A DNA stretch of 62,944 bases, the filler included, from Reclinomonas americana ATCC 50394 (Eukaryota), in NCBI GenBank assembly GCA_048213135.1. It is 13 parts of 13 records of this genome, joined end to end, with 100 filler letters (N's around TTAATTAATTAA, not from the genome) between each part and the next. Parts side by side here need not be neighbours in the genome. Positions count along the whole stretch, not along the records: positions 13,343 to 16,904 come from AFZH01017256.1; positions 17,005 to 19,052 come from AFZH01017257.1; positions 19,153 to 25,983 come from AFZH01017259.1; 10 more parts are not named here. The stretch is one strand, 5' to 3'. How positions within the stretch are numbered: position 1 is the stretch's first letter; each line of letters opens with the position of its first letter. This document shows, piece after piece, positions 13,405 to 25,472 of this stretch. The notes under the pieces were generated by a model. It made no database searches, had not been told where the DNA came from, and worked only from the letters and a program-made list of their open reading frames with translations. The position numbers and the translations under genes were made by a program.

Positions 13405-13477
13405 TCTTCTTCTTCCTCCTCCTCCTCCTTCTCCTCCCCCTTCTCCCTCTCTCCTCATTCCACGCACGCCTCCGCAG

Positions 13478-16287
13478 CCGTGGAGACCCCCGACGGTGTC
13501 ATTGAGTTGACCATCTCCAGTCCGTCGGATCCGCCGCTGCCACCGACAGAGTACCCGTACTGCTCAGCCAGCCCCGACCCATACATTCCGGGACTCCAGA
13601 AGTATCCGTGTATCTACTGGGGGAAAACTGACATTGTGTTGCGTCACCAGACGGGTCTCTTTGTGTGTATGCCTCTTTCTCTCTCTCTTGCATCGATGTT
13701 TCCGATCCAGTCTCCTGTCTTCTCGCACGGTATTACTCGCGTCTTCTCTAGTTCCCTGCTCGCTCACTATATCTTGTCTGCATACACGAGTTTAGGAGTT
13801 CGCCTGCTTCCCAGGCCTCGAAATTATCTCGTGTATTCTCTCCTTCTCATTTACGCGCGCTCTCTCTCCCACTTGGCGAGTGTCTGCATGTTCCGAAGCA
13901 GTCTGCCTATCATTCACACTCTTCCTTCTGTTCTCCTTCCCTGTCCCTCTCTCTCTCTCTCGCGAGGCTGCAACTGCATGTTTCCGAGTCACTTACCTGT
14001 CATTTTCTCTTCCTTCTGTTCTCTCTTCTCCCTCTGTCTCTCTCTCCCTCTGTCTCTGTTTCTCTGTGCATCTTCATGGGCCTGAGTTATGTTGTCTCCC
14101 CCCGTCCTCCCCGCTCACTCTTCATGTCATTCCACAGCGTCCCCCCACCTGAAACGCAAGCCATTTTCTACACGACCCGCTTCACCAACCAGACCCAGTA
14201 CCTCCCGAACGACTGCTTCCCCACCGACCCGAACTGCACGTGGCAGAATGACCCACAGAGTGGGCAGGCGTATCTGGTGGCCGGTGTGGAAGAGAATTTC
14301 GTTTCGTGCCGTGCTGTTGGTGTGACATTGCTGTGTGGATGACTCACATTCTCCACAGATCAAAATGACGCACCGCGTGCGCTCCAGCACGGTGGCCTCC
14401 ACGCCGTTCAACATGTTTGGCGCGTTGTGGTACCAGCAGCATTCCGACGGACCGTGGCTTGTTGCGTGTCTTTTTGGAGTGCTGTTGTATCCATACCTGA
14501 GATCTTCCCTCATGCGCGTCGTGCAGCGCGATGCCGACTACACCTTTGGTCCTCCGCAAGACGGCGACAAGATCCCCATCAAGGTCATGCTCAATTCCAT
14601 GGCCGGAATTCAACTGGATGCCATCTGTTGCGTCTCTGTTACTCGTTCTTGTGAGATTCGTGAGGTATTGACCATGTGTCGCTTGACACAGCGTCAACCT
14701 TGAACAATGGAATGCAAGTGTCGAATCGGTATCAGGGCATCACCTTTGTGCTGGAGGTGTACTACACGGTGCGTGAGAGGGAGAGAGAGGAGAGTCAATG
14801 CAGCCCACGTACGCTGTAGACATAACTCACTCATCTCCTGCAGAATATTGGCTGGGGCAACATGATCGAGTATCAGTATCGGCCAATCTACGTCGACAGT
14901 GATTTCAAGGCCGTGGAGGTGAACAGTACACCTGTGCGCCGCCTGTTCATTGTCGCTGCATATCTCACGCGCCTCGCAGGTCATTTACACCAAGTACCCG
15001 TACATCCGCGCCACTCAGAATCGACACGGCGTGCGCATGCTGGTGGTCATCACAGGTTTGTCGCAGCAGCGTTGTCCTCGTCTTTTTTGCCGACCGCCTG
15101 ACCACATGTCGCCGCAGGTCAAATCGGCTACTTTTCCGTCACCTCGCTGCTGGTGCAGCTGACGACATCGCTGACGCTGATTGCGCTGTCGACATTGGTG
15201 GTCGACATGATTGCGCTGTGGTTGATGCCGCAGAAGAAGTTGTATCGGTGAGTGGATAGGAGAAGGGAAGGCTTGGCGGAAAGGAGGAGGAGAAGGAGTC
15301 GTCTGTTGTCCCATGCCCAATCTGCATCGTGAGAGGGAAGCGAGAGTGCGTCTTGAAAGAGAAGGAGAGACAGAGCGGGTTTCTCGTCGCGCGTTTGTGA
15401 CAGGCTCCATATTTGTGAGCAACAATGAGACATCTCTGTCCACATGTGCATGAGAGAGAAGAAGTCATCGAGCGGATTTCTCGTCACGCGTTTGTGACAG
15501 GCTCCATGGGTGTGAGCGACAATGGGATATCTCTGTCCGCATGTGCATAAAAGAGAAGGAGAGACAGAGCGGGTTTCTCGTCGCGCGTTTGTGACAGGCT
15601 CCATATGTGTGGGTCCGCATGTGCGTGTGCATGAGAGAGAAGGAGAGACAGAGCGGATTTCTCGTCACGCGTTTGTGCCAGGCTCGATGTGTGGGTCCGA
15701 ATGTGCGTGTGCATGAGAGAGAAGGAGAGACAGAGCGGATTTCTTGTCACGCGTTTGTGACAGGCTCGATGTGTGGGTCCGCATGTGCGTGTACATGAGA
15801 GAGAAGGAGAGACAGAGCGGATTTCTTGTCACTCGTTGATGACAGGCTCCATGGGTGTGAGCAACAGTGGGATATCTCTGTCCATATGTGCGTGTGCATG
15901 AGAGAGAAGGAGTGATAGGTGATGTGTTGGGGGTCGCTATCCTGTTTGTCACTCTGCCCCACAATAGTCCCTCATTTAGTCTGTATGTGTGTGTGGTGAG
16001 TGAGAGTCAGATGTCTCTGTCGTCTGGCTTGTGTTGCGCATGACATCTTTCGTGCCGTTTTGATCGTTGTCATCCTCCTCTTCCTTCCGCTTGCCATATC
16101 TGTTGTGTTCTTTTCGGTGAACCTCACGCCCTTCCCCTTCGTATGCAGCGACTGCAAATACCTCAAGAGCGAAGACTTCTCCGACCTGCGCGACCGCATC
16201 AAGGCCCACGAGACGGTGGTGGACACGCGCATCGAGGAAATCAAGCGCCTACAATACAATCCGTTCCTGACAAAAGAGGCTCGGTGA
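13478..16287 (+). CDS. P2X purinergic receptor (ATP-gated cation channel), 5' partial
   Basis: ETPDGVIELT, YPYC..YPCIYW, IFYTTRF, NRYQGITFVLEVYYTN, NRHGVRMLVVITG and TM2 LLVQLTTSLTLIALSTLVVDMIA. The last exon 16149-16287 gives YRDCKYLKSEDFSDLR, typical of protist P2X tails. Confidence 0.88.
15355..15910 (+). repeat. Intronic minisatellite, ~60/120-bp units
   Basis: About six copies of GAGAGAAGGAGAGACAGAGCGGATTTCTCGTCACGCGTTTGTGACAGGCTC within the last P2X intron. Confidence 0.9.
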
Positions 16288-16441
16288 GCGGGGCCATGGC
16301 GAGAGAGGTAGTGAATGAACATATTCTTGTTTTTGACAACTGTATTCTGTTTCGGTAAGACTGGTGTGCAAAGAATTACTCTCTTCTCTTCTCCCCCTCT
16401 CTTGCAAAAAAACACAGACAAGCGCGCGCGCGGGGCACCGC

Positions 16442-16837
16442 CTACTTGTTGAAGAGCAGATTGAGGTAGTAGACAATGACGCTGCTGAATATGAGGCCGC
16501 TGGTGGCACACACGCCGTGCACGCGACCGGCAATGACGACCATGATAAACAGACATACGAGGACTGCGATGGAAAAATGAGGGAAGGATGAAAGCGAGTG
16601 GCACTGGGTGAGATAAACACGCACCCTCCAGCCAGCCGATTGGCCTCTTCTCCTTCAGGTACATGTCTTCAAGGTTGCCGACGGCCTGTCGCGGCAGAGG
16701 GAAAGCAAGGGTGTTACACGTGATGGATTGATGGAAAACGCAGGCGCGCACTTACCAACAGCAGGCACAGGAACATGACGGAGGCGAGCTGGTCGTGGGG
16801 GGGCGGGTGAGTCGCGAGAATAATGGAATATGAACAG

Positions 16838-16893
<56 letters not shown>

Positions 16894-17291
16894 GGACGGA
16901 ACGGNNNNNNNNNNNNNNNNNNNNNNNNNNNNNNNNNNNNNNNNNNNNTTAATTAATTAANNNNNNNNNNNNNNNNNNNNNNNNNNNNNNNNNNNNNNNN
17001 NNNNTGTGAGAGAGAGAGAGAGAGGGGGGGGGAGAGCAGTGCACGCACAAGCACGCCTCTCTGCATGCGCGAATCACGTGTGAGAGAGCTAGAGAGGAGA
17101 GGCGAACATCGTGTATCGAAGCAACTGCCTCTGAGAAACGATTGAGTGCGTGAGAGAATGTGAGAGAGAGAGAGAGAAAGAGAGCTGTACACATAGGCAC
17201 CCTTCGCTGCATACGCGAAGAGTGAGCGAGACAAAGAGAGAATGAGAGAAGAGACTCAAAGAATGCAAGGGCCTGAGAATCGCTCGTGTGC

Positions 17292-17324
<33 letters not shown>

Positions 17325-17985
17325 GCACACAAGCATGCGTCTCTCTCTGCACGCACGATATGTGAGCGAGAAAGAGAGAATGAGAAAGAGCGACGAATGA
17401 GACTCTCAAAGATGGCAAGTGCTTGAGAATCGGTGAGAGAGAGAGAGAGAAAGAGAGAGAAGTACACACACACAAGCACGCCTCTCTGCATACGAAGAGT
17501 GAGCGTGACAGAGAAAATGAGAGAACACTCAAGGATTGCAAGGGCCTGAGAATCGCTCGTGTGAGTGTGTGTGTGCGTGTGTATGTATGTGCGTGTGTAT
17601 GTGCGTGAGAGAGAAAGAGAAGTGCACACACGCACGCCTCAGCGAGATAGAAAAGAACGAGTCACGAATGCGACTCACAAAGATTGAGAATCGCAAGTGC
17701 ATGCCACTCTCCACACTCTCTCACCCCCTTCTCCTCCCCTTCTCCCCACTCTCTTCCCAATCGACTCACCAATCCGCCCAACACCGTCGCCTGCTTACTC
17801 CCCGCAAACAACACCTCGCCCAACACCACAAACACCAGCGCAAGCACCAATGCCGCGCCTCCACACGCCACCGCAGAGGGCGCACCAGGCGCAAACACAA
17901 GAGAGGAGCGCGATGTCACATGCCCACCACTGGCACTGTTTGCTGCATTCTGCTGCTTGTCACCACGAGAGCTTCCACTGCGCAT
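16442..17985 (-). CDS. KRTCAP2: Oligosaccharyltransferase subunit KCP2 (keratinocyte-associated protein 2)
   Basis: Exons 17985-17770, 16788-16756, 16685-16625 and 16563-16442 give QATVLGGLLASVMFLCLLLAVGNLE...IAGRVHGVCATSGLIFSSVIVYYLN. Intron 1 spans a gap. Confidence 0.85.
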
Positions 17986-19000
17986 TGTGAGTGCGTGAGG
18001 GGTAAGCGAGTGTGCGTGTGTTTGCAAGAGACAATGACAAACACGACGAAAGTGACTCATGCAATTTACACAAGAGACCATTAATATTCGCGATCGCTTC
18101 GACACCTCCACTTTACACAATAGATGGCATCCACCAGCGATCGCAGCCAACTACAAATTGTTGAAAGTGTGTTGTCGATGTTGAGTAAAGCCTTGTAATT
18201 GCAATCGACCGTCGTTTCAAAGACGAATGTCGATGTCCACTTGCCCTCGACAACAAATCATTCACCAACAAACGAGCAACAGCTGCCTAGATGACCAAGT
18301 CCAACCATACGTATCCAAAACATCAACACAAACACCAGTCTTGAGGCAGCAGCAGGTTTTTTTGTACCTGTGTTCGAATTCGCTCTCGGAGCTTCGGGCA
18401 AGTCGAGAACTGCGATCTTCACCGCATAAGCGTGGTTGACCAGTGGATGTGACGCACTTGCATAGACGCATAGCGTTTTCTGCGATCGTACACGGCTCAT
18501 CGAATTCCGGAGAAGACAATTTTAAATTTCCGCATGCATGTACATCTATGTGCACCGTGGAGGCCTCTGTTGTGGGAGGTGAACACGGTACCGTAAACAC
18601 CAGCGCCGAATTTGCCCTTTGAATTCGACTTGTGTTGCAGTTGCTCACATGTCGACGTCGAGCTCGAGGTTTCACAAGGGTTTTTTCGCTGCAGCCCTTG
18701 CGGCTATATCCACTCTGATCGCATGAGCTGTTTTCTGCGTTGACGACCTTGTCTGGTATTGAATGCATTCGGTCGTGCACGTGTCAAGAACGAGCAAACG
18801 TCGCGTTGTCCTCTGCAGGTGAGATCATGGCAGCGGAGAGGAATGCGCTCATTCAGCGCTACTGCGAGGACCCTCGAGTGAGCAGTTACATCCACTGTTG
18901 CAAGGAAGCAACGGAAGAGTGATGCAAAGAGAGAGAAAGAGATAGAAAGAGACAGATATAGTTTTTAGGGCAGTGAATGTTAGTGAGTGTGCGAGAGAGG

Positions 19001-19052
<52 letters not shown>

Positions 19053-19833
19053 NNNNNNNNNNNNNNNNNNNNNNNNNNNNNNNNNNNNNNNNNNNNTTAA
19101 TTAATTAANNNNNNNNNNNNNNNNNNNNNNNNNNNNNNNNNNNNNNNNNNNNATGCTCTCTCAGCTCTCTCTGTCTGCCGTCCTCATGCGCCTCTCTTCT
19201 TTCTCCGTCAGTCTCTGTGAACTCTCCGCATGGTATCGTCTCTGCCACTGATAACTCCTCTCGTGTCTCTCCACTTCTCCTGCCCTCTCACTGCCCGTCT
19301 CTCTCTCTCTCTCTCTTTCCTCTCGCTTCCCACTCCTTCCCTTCTCTCTGCCTTTGCTCTCGCTTTCCCTTTCCTTTTTCTCTCTCTCTCTACCCCCTCT
19401 CACTCTCTCCTCCCCCTCTCGCCCTCTGCCTTTCTCTTCTTTCTCTCTCCTCCTCTCTCTCTCTTCTCCCTGCCTTTCCTCTCCCGTCTCCCTTTCCTTC
19501 TCTCTCCCCCTCTTTGCCCATTCTCTGTCCTCTCTTTGCCTCTCTCTTCCCTCCCCCTGCCACCTTCTTCCATCTCGCTCTCCCTGCCATCACCCCCTCC
19601 CTTCCACCTCTCTCCTTTCTCCGTGCCTTTTTTTGTCTTTCCCTTTCATTCTCTCCCTGCCCTCTCCCTTCCCTCTCCTTCTCACCCTCCCTGCTCTCTC
19701 TCGTCTCCCTTCCTCCTCTCTCCTTTCTCCTTGCTTTTTTCCTTCTCTCCCTTTGCTTCCCTCCCCACCCTCTCCCTTCCCTCTCCTTCTCACACACCTT
19801 TCCCCCTTGTCACCCCCTTCCCCTGTTCCGCAG

Positions 19834-21904
19834 CTTCACCATGCTCATGAAGCCCGGACCGGACCAGGACGCATGGTTGGAGAACATGCAGCGCATGGTC
19901 GACTCTTCTGTGAGCTCCGACGACACCTCTCCAGTGGCGACAAAGGTTCGCCGCTCCCTCTCCCCCCATTTTTATCGTCGCTCTCCTCACCCCATATTGG
20001 CAGAAGAAACAACACACCGCTGCCGCCGCCGCGGCGCCGCCGTCGCCACCGCACCCGCCAGCCGAACCCCCCATGTCCACATCCTACGCCACGACGAGTG
20101 ACATTGCTGCCATTATGGATCTGGGCTTTGCGCGCGCCGCCGTCGTTCGTGCTCTGAATACGGCCAAGGGGGATACGGTGCGCCACCGGCGCCTTCTCCC
20201 GTGCGCTGCTCTGCTCCGCTTCCTCTCACTCTGTGCGTCCCCTCGCAGGATGAAGCGATTCGGTTGCTGGTGACGCGCGGCGACGCCGAGCCTGTCGACA
20301 CTTTCGGCACAAGCTCCTCGGCGGCCGCCACGGTCAATCCTGTCGAGTTCTACGACAGCTCCCCGCCGCCGATTGAATTCAACCCGCGTCTCGTGAACCA
20401 CCCCAATCTGCTCGTCCGCCTCGTCCAATACATGCACATTCGTCTCTTCAACGCGACCTCATTCTGCGTGGTGTGCGATGCACCGCACGACGTGGAGACG
20501 GTGAAGATGCTTCCATGCAACAACGACCTCTGCCGCATCACGTATGCCGTTGCGTCAATGTTTCTGATAGAGAGAGCTGTGCTTGTGTGAGTCTCTCATT
20601 GTGTGGCGCGCAGGATTTTGGTCTCGGCACCTCCCTGGCGCACGAGATTCGCACCAACTACGACACAATAGACTTGCTGATCTCCCTGTGTATTGCTGGT
20701 GCGTTGAGTTGGTTGCTCGAGCCGCGACTACGTCTCTGACGTGCGCGGCATGCAGCTGCGACGTCGTCGCGCTGTGACATTTTGCTTGATCCATTCCCGG
20801 TCGATTTCGTGCGCGGTGGTGACATTAAGCTGAAAACCCAACTGGTTTGTGCGGAGAAAAATGATAGCGGTGTTGCTGCTTCTTGTATTTGCTGTTCACC
20901 CTTGCACGCAGATTGACTGCCTGAATTCGCTCCCGGCGCTCTCCGACATGGCCGCATGCGCTGACGATGCCGCGTTGCGATCGCTCGTCGGGGCCGAAGC
21001 ATTTCGCTTGTTGCGATGGCTGGTCTCCAGCAACCGTGCCGTGTTGCGGGCCATTCCTCGCGCCAAGGTTCAGTGCTCTGCCTGTGTGTGCACGTGACGC
21101 ATCTCATTTTGCTCATTCGTGGAGGTCATGTTCCCCGCCGCTAGCAACTGAAAGACATCCCCACCAAGTTCCAGTACCTCATGCTCACTGCCACTCCAGA
21201 AAAGGAGGCCTTGTTCCAGTCTCTCAAAGAGAAACACGGATCGTTTTTGGCGTTCCACGGTGAGTGCAATTAAGGAGACGGTTGTGGAGATTCGCACCGC
21301 TGACTGCGTGCTGCATGCAGGCTCGTATACGGAGAACTTTTTGAATATCATGCGCAAGGGTCTCATTAACGCCAGTTGCGTTGGTGTTCCACAGAGAGTC
21401 ACCGGGTAGCGCACGCTCACTTCCTTCCTTTTTTCTGCGCAGGCAACACATCCATGATGCTGCATGGAGCGGCTTGCGGCGCCGGCATCTACATGTGCGT
21501 TCAATTGCAGCTTCTCGCCCACCGACACAGCAGCTCATTTTTGTGTGCAGGGCGGATATGATGAGCACAAGTGCAGGCTACTGCTTTCCCGGAACAGTTG
21601 CGTGTGACAGCGACGCTGCGCGCGCGTACATCTCTCTCTCGTCAGAAGCGCTGACACTGCGATTGAATAGGGTTGGACGAAGAGCATGTTTTCCAGCCGG
21701 ATCACGTGTATGGCCATGTGCGAGGTCATCAACGGATCGTCGACTACAGGACACTCCGGAATCCACGTCGTCCCCGACGCGTCGCGCGTCATCACGCGGT
21801 TCTTTTTCGTGTTCCCCGAGGTGGAGGCGTCGTCGATCATTCTGCGGTCGATGGACACCTCAGCATCGCACATCCGTGTTCCACGAGGCCTGTACGATGA
21901 GTGA
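19834..21904 (+). CDS. UBA + Cys-finger + PARP6/PARP8-like mono-ADP-ribosyltransferase, 5' partial
   Basis: UBA (IMDLGFARAAVVRALNTAKGD-DEAIRLL), FCVVCDAPH..PCNNDLC, LLRWLVSSNRA, AFHGSYTENFLNIMRKGLINAS, MLHGAACGAGIY and CEVIN..IHVVPDASRVITRFFFV. A possible upstream exon lies near 18820-18900. Confidence 0.85.
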
Positions 21905-22091
21905 ACGCAAGCGCAGATAACTGACAATGTCGATTCTATGTGGTCAGTGTTCGGGGCGGTGTCCGTCCAATTCTCGCGCACGTCCGCCGAGCGTGTGCGA
22001 GTACGCGGCCGCTCGCACTCACAATGCCGCTGCAGCAGCCGTGAGGAAACTCCTTTCCTTGTGTAATTTGACTCGCGCGGGCGCTGCTCGC

Positions 22092-22105
22092 GATATCCGG
22101 ATATC
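22092..22105. promoter_or_regulatory. Perfect 14-bp palindrome GATATCCGGATATC upstream of paralog 1
   Basis: Seen directly; the 12-bp core is kept upstream of paralog 2 (23869-23880). A regulatory role is inferred. Confidence 0.35.
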
Positions 22106-22266
22106 CAGATTCGTTTGTTTTCGACGCATTTGCACGCAAAGGTGAGGCGTTTCTTCTTGCTCTCGTGATCAAGTCTCCATTTCCATGCCTCACCGTGTGC
22201 CTTGTGTGTGTGTGTGTGTGTGTGTGTGTGTCTCTCTCTCTCTCTCTCTTTGCCTCACACACACAG

Positions 22267-22656
22267 ATGAGACTGTTGACACTGTTGTCTGTGGCTGTTG
22301 CACTGGTGGTGGTTCTGTTGGGCGTGTCTGCCTGTGTCTCTGAGGCACGCCGCATGACTCGCGACGAGGTGCGCGAGGTTCTGCAAGACCTCGATGGTGA
22401 GTGCGTGTGTGCATGCGCGCGGACATACTTGAGGAATCGGAGTTGCTGCTCACGCACTGATGCAGCGCTCGGCTTCTTCGAGGCGGACGAGGCGGAGGAG
22501 GACGACGAGGACAGCGAGGAGGGCTTTGTGGCGGCTGCGAATGGCAACATGGCGTTGAAGTTGGAGGGCAAGCAGACGGCGTGGATCTCCAAGGACAAGG
22601 TCAAGAAGCTCGGTGGCCTGCTGAAGAATGTTGCGTGTGTGCTACTCTCGTGCTTG

Positions 22657-22687
<31 letters not shown>

Positions 22688-23375
22688 TGTGTGTGTATGC
22701 TCACACTCTGTGGCAAGCGTAGAAGTGGCAGGAGCGCTATGTGTGGCTGGAGCGCACGCTTATGAAGCCCGACGAGTTGCTGGTGTACTGGTGTGTGTTG
22801 TTTACGAGAGATCTGCTGCCTCGCAACTTGAGACTCACTTGCGTCGCAGGACGGAGAACCCTGGACCGTCGGACCGCAAGAACTCGTTCACGATCGCCAA
22901 GAAAGACTTTAACAAGATCGTCGTTGCGTTGCTTGTCAGTGGTGTGTGTGGTGCCGTGTTTGCCCCCTCATAATGCTTGCATGTGTAGATTGCCCGCGAC
23001 AACAACGACCAGAGCATTCTGACTGTCAACTTTGGCACTGGCAAGACGTGAGTTTGACCAGCAGAGTGTCTCCCCCTCCCCTCTCCCTCTCCCTCTCCCT
23101 CAGTTGCCGCTCCACAACTTATCTTGTTTCTGTCACTCTCAAGCTCTGTCCTCAGCACGTCTCTTGCTCTCACGTTCTCACTTTTTCTGGAGTTGTTCGC
23201 TCTCTTTCGCTTCTTTCTCTCTCTCTCCCTCTCTCTCCTTCTTTCCCTCTTTCTCCATCAGCAGTGATTCACTCTCGTGTTCTTCCTGTTGCGCAGCTAC
23301 AAGTTCAAGGACTTTGAGACCGCTGGCCTCGAGAAGGACCTGCGTGACGCCATTGCTTTTGTCCGCGAGACGTAA
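22267..23375 (+). CDS. Signal peptide + acidic segment + PH-like domain protein, paralog 1 (6 coding exons)
   Basis: MRLLTLLSVAVALVVVLLGVSACVSEA, EADEAEEDDEDSEE, VKKLGGLLKNKWQERYVWL...LLVYW...KNSFTI...ILTVNF..YKFK...LRDAI. ATG follows a 5'UTR intron acceptor directly. Confidence 0.7.
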
Positions 23376-24009
23376 GAAGGCAGACATTTTTTCTTGTAAA
23401 CAATTCTTGATTGCCTGTTGGTGAACGCGACAGAGTGGCAAAGGCTGTCAGTCCGCGCTCACCGCATACTGTACTCTTCTCCTCTTGCACAAAAGGCCAG
23501 TGGCCACGTGCACAGATTCGTACCGGCGACGACAAGAGAGAGAGTGAGAGAGAGAATAATGCATACTCGTGATCATCAAGACCGCAGCCGCTTCCTGTTT
23601 GGTGAATGAACTGTTTCGCAGCCATGAACAGCTTGCACTCGCATCGTCGCGCGCCATAGGGGACTGAATTCATCGATGTTCGAGTTTGGCCTGCATGCGC
23701 AATGCTATTGGTTATCGCTGCGATCGCGAGTCGTCATATTGATCGCACGCGTGGAACGTTGTGGGTCGTCGCAAGCTTCACGTTTCCGTGATGTCTGGAG
23801 TTTCTGGTGCTGCTGATCATCAGGCCACTGCGTTGCTGTTTGCAATTGAAGCCTTGCGCGTGCTCGCGATATCCGGATATTCAATCTTGTTTTTGACGCA
23901 TTCGCACGCAAAGGTGAGGCGGCGATTTTGGTTTACTTTCGGGCCTCCACTCCATGCCTCACAGTGTGCCTTGTGTGTGTGCCTCTCTCCCTCTTTGCCT
24001 CACACACAG

Positions 24010-24138
24010 ATGAGACTGTTGGCATTGTTGTCTGTGGCTTTTGCACTGGTGGTTGTTCTGTTGGGCGTGTCCGCCTGCGTTTCCGAGGCACGCCGCATGA
24101 CTCGCGACGAGGTGCGCGAGGTTCTGCAAGACCTCGAT

Positions 24139-24194
<56 letters not shown>

Positions 24195-25179
24195 TGGGCA
24201 TTCTTGAGCATGCGGAATTGCTGCTCATCCACTTATACATGCACAGCGCTCGGCTTCTTTGAGGCGGACGAGGCGGAGGAGGACGACGAGGACAGCGAGG
24301 AGGGCTTTGTGGCGGCTGCAAACGGCAACATCGGGCTGAAGCTGGATGGCAAGCGATTGTCGTGGCTCTCGCGTGACAAGGTCAAGAAGCTCGGTGGCCT
24401 GACAAAGACTGTTGCGCGCACGCGTGTGTATGTCTGTGCATGTGCTTTCGGCGCATGCTCTCATACTCGTCTTGTGTGTACTTTCGTTCGGTGGCATCGT
24501 TTGCAGACGTGGCAGGAGCGGTATGTGTGGCTGGAACGCACGGCACAGAAGCCTGACGAGCTGTGGGTGTACTGGTGCGCGTTGTTGTCGTGTATGCTTG
24601 CTGCTACGTGTGAGTCTCACTGGTGTCGCAGGACGGAGAACGCTGCACAGGCGAACCCCAAGAACTCGTTCAAGATCGCGAAAAATGACTTTGACAAGAT
24701 CGTCGTTGCGTTTTCGATATCTACACACAGTGCTTGTCAGTGGTGCGAGGCGCCGTTTTTTCCCCTCAAAGGCTCGTCCGTACATGTGTGCAGATTGCCC
24801 GCGACAGCAGCGACCAGAACATTTTGACTGTCAACTTTGGCACTGGCAAGATGTGAGTTTGCAACTCTCTCTCTCTCCCCTCTCTCGCTCTTGCTGTCTG
24901 CTTCGCAAGTTATCTTTCTCTATCGATGTCACTCTCTCGTCGCGTGTGCCGTCTCCGCAGCTCTCTTACCTCATGAACTTTCTCTCTCCTTCCCACGTGC
25001 GCATACTCTCCTCCTACGATATCGATCCTCGAGCTCCCAGAGTCTCTCTCTCTCTCTGTCTCTCTTCGTGCAGCGATTTCACTCTTGTGCTCTTTTGATC
25101 TCGCAGTTACAAGTTCAAGGACTTCGAAACCGCTGGCCTCGAGAAGGATCTGCGAGACGCCATTAATTTCAACAAATAA
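24010..25179 (+). CDS. Signal peptide + acidic segment + PH-like domain protein, paralog 2 (tandem duplicate)
   Basis: Same exon structure as paralog 1, with conserved exons and diverged introns; VKKLGGLTKTTWQERYVWL. Confidence 0.7.
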
Positions 25180-25472
25180 TGAAGCAACAGCAGACCAACC
25201 TTCCGAATCACAATGGCAGAGCAAACATGGCAGTCTGTGTACATGCAAAGCGTACTCCTAGTGGTGCACAAGAGACCGGTGGCCAGTGATCCATGCCGGC
25301 GACGTCGAACGATAACAAATTTGTTTGGTGGAAATGGTTGTTCTCGATTTACATTTCGTCCCGGACGCGTAAGCAACCGGATTGGCCACAACGATAACAA
25401 ATTTGATAATGTATTGACAGACGACGTGATGTACTTGCAGCATTTTGTATTACTCGATTGGTTGCAATGCAG

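Noticed and set aside
15355..15910. CRISPR-like array
   Set aside because: It lies in a eukaryotic intron, the inter-repeat segments are themselves repeated and there are no cas genes.
18262..18780. 172-aa minus-strand ORF
   Set aside because: It has no recognisable motif and lies in a lower-GC region between divergent genes, so it is likely intergenic.
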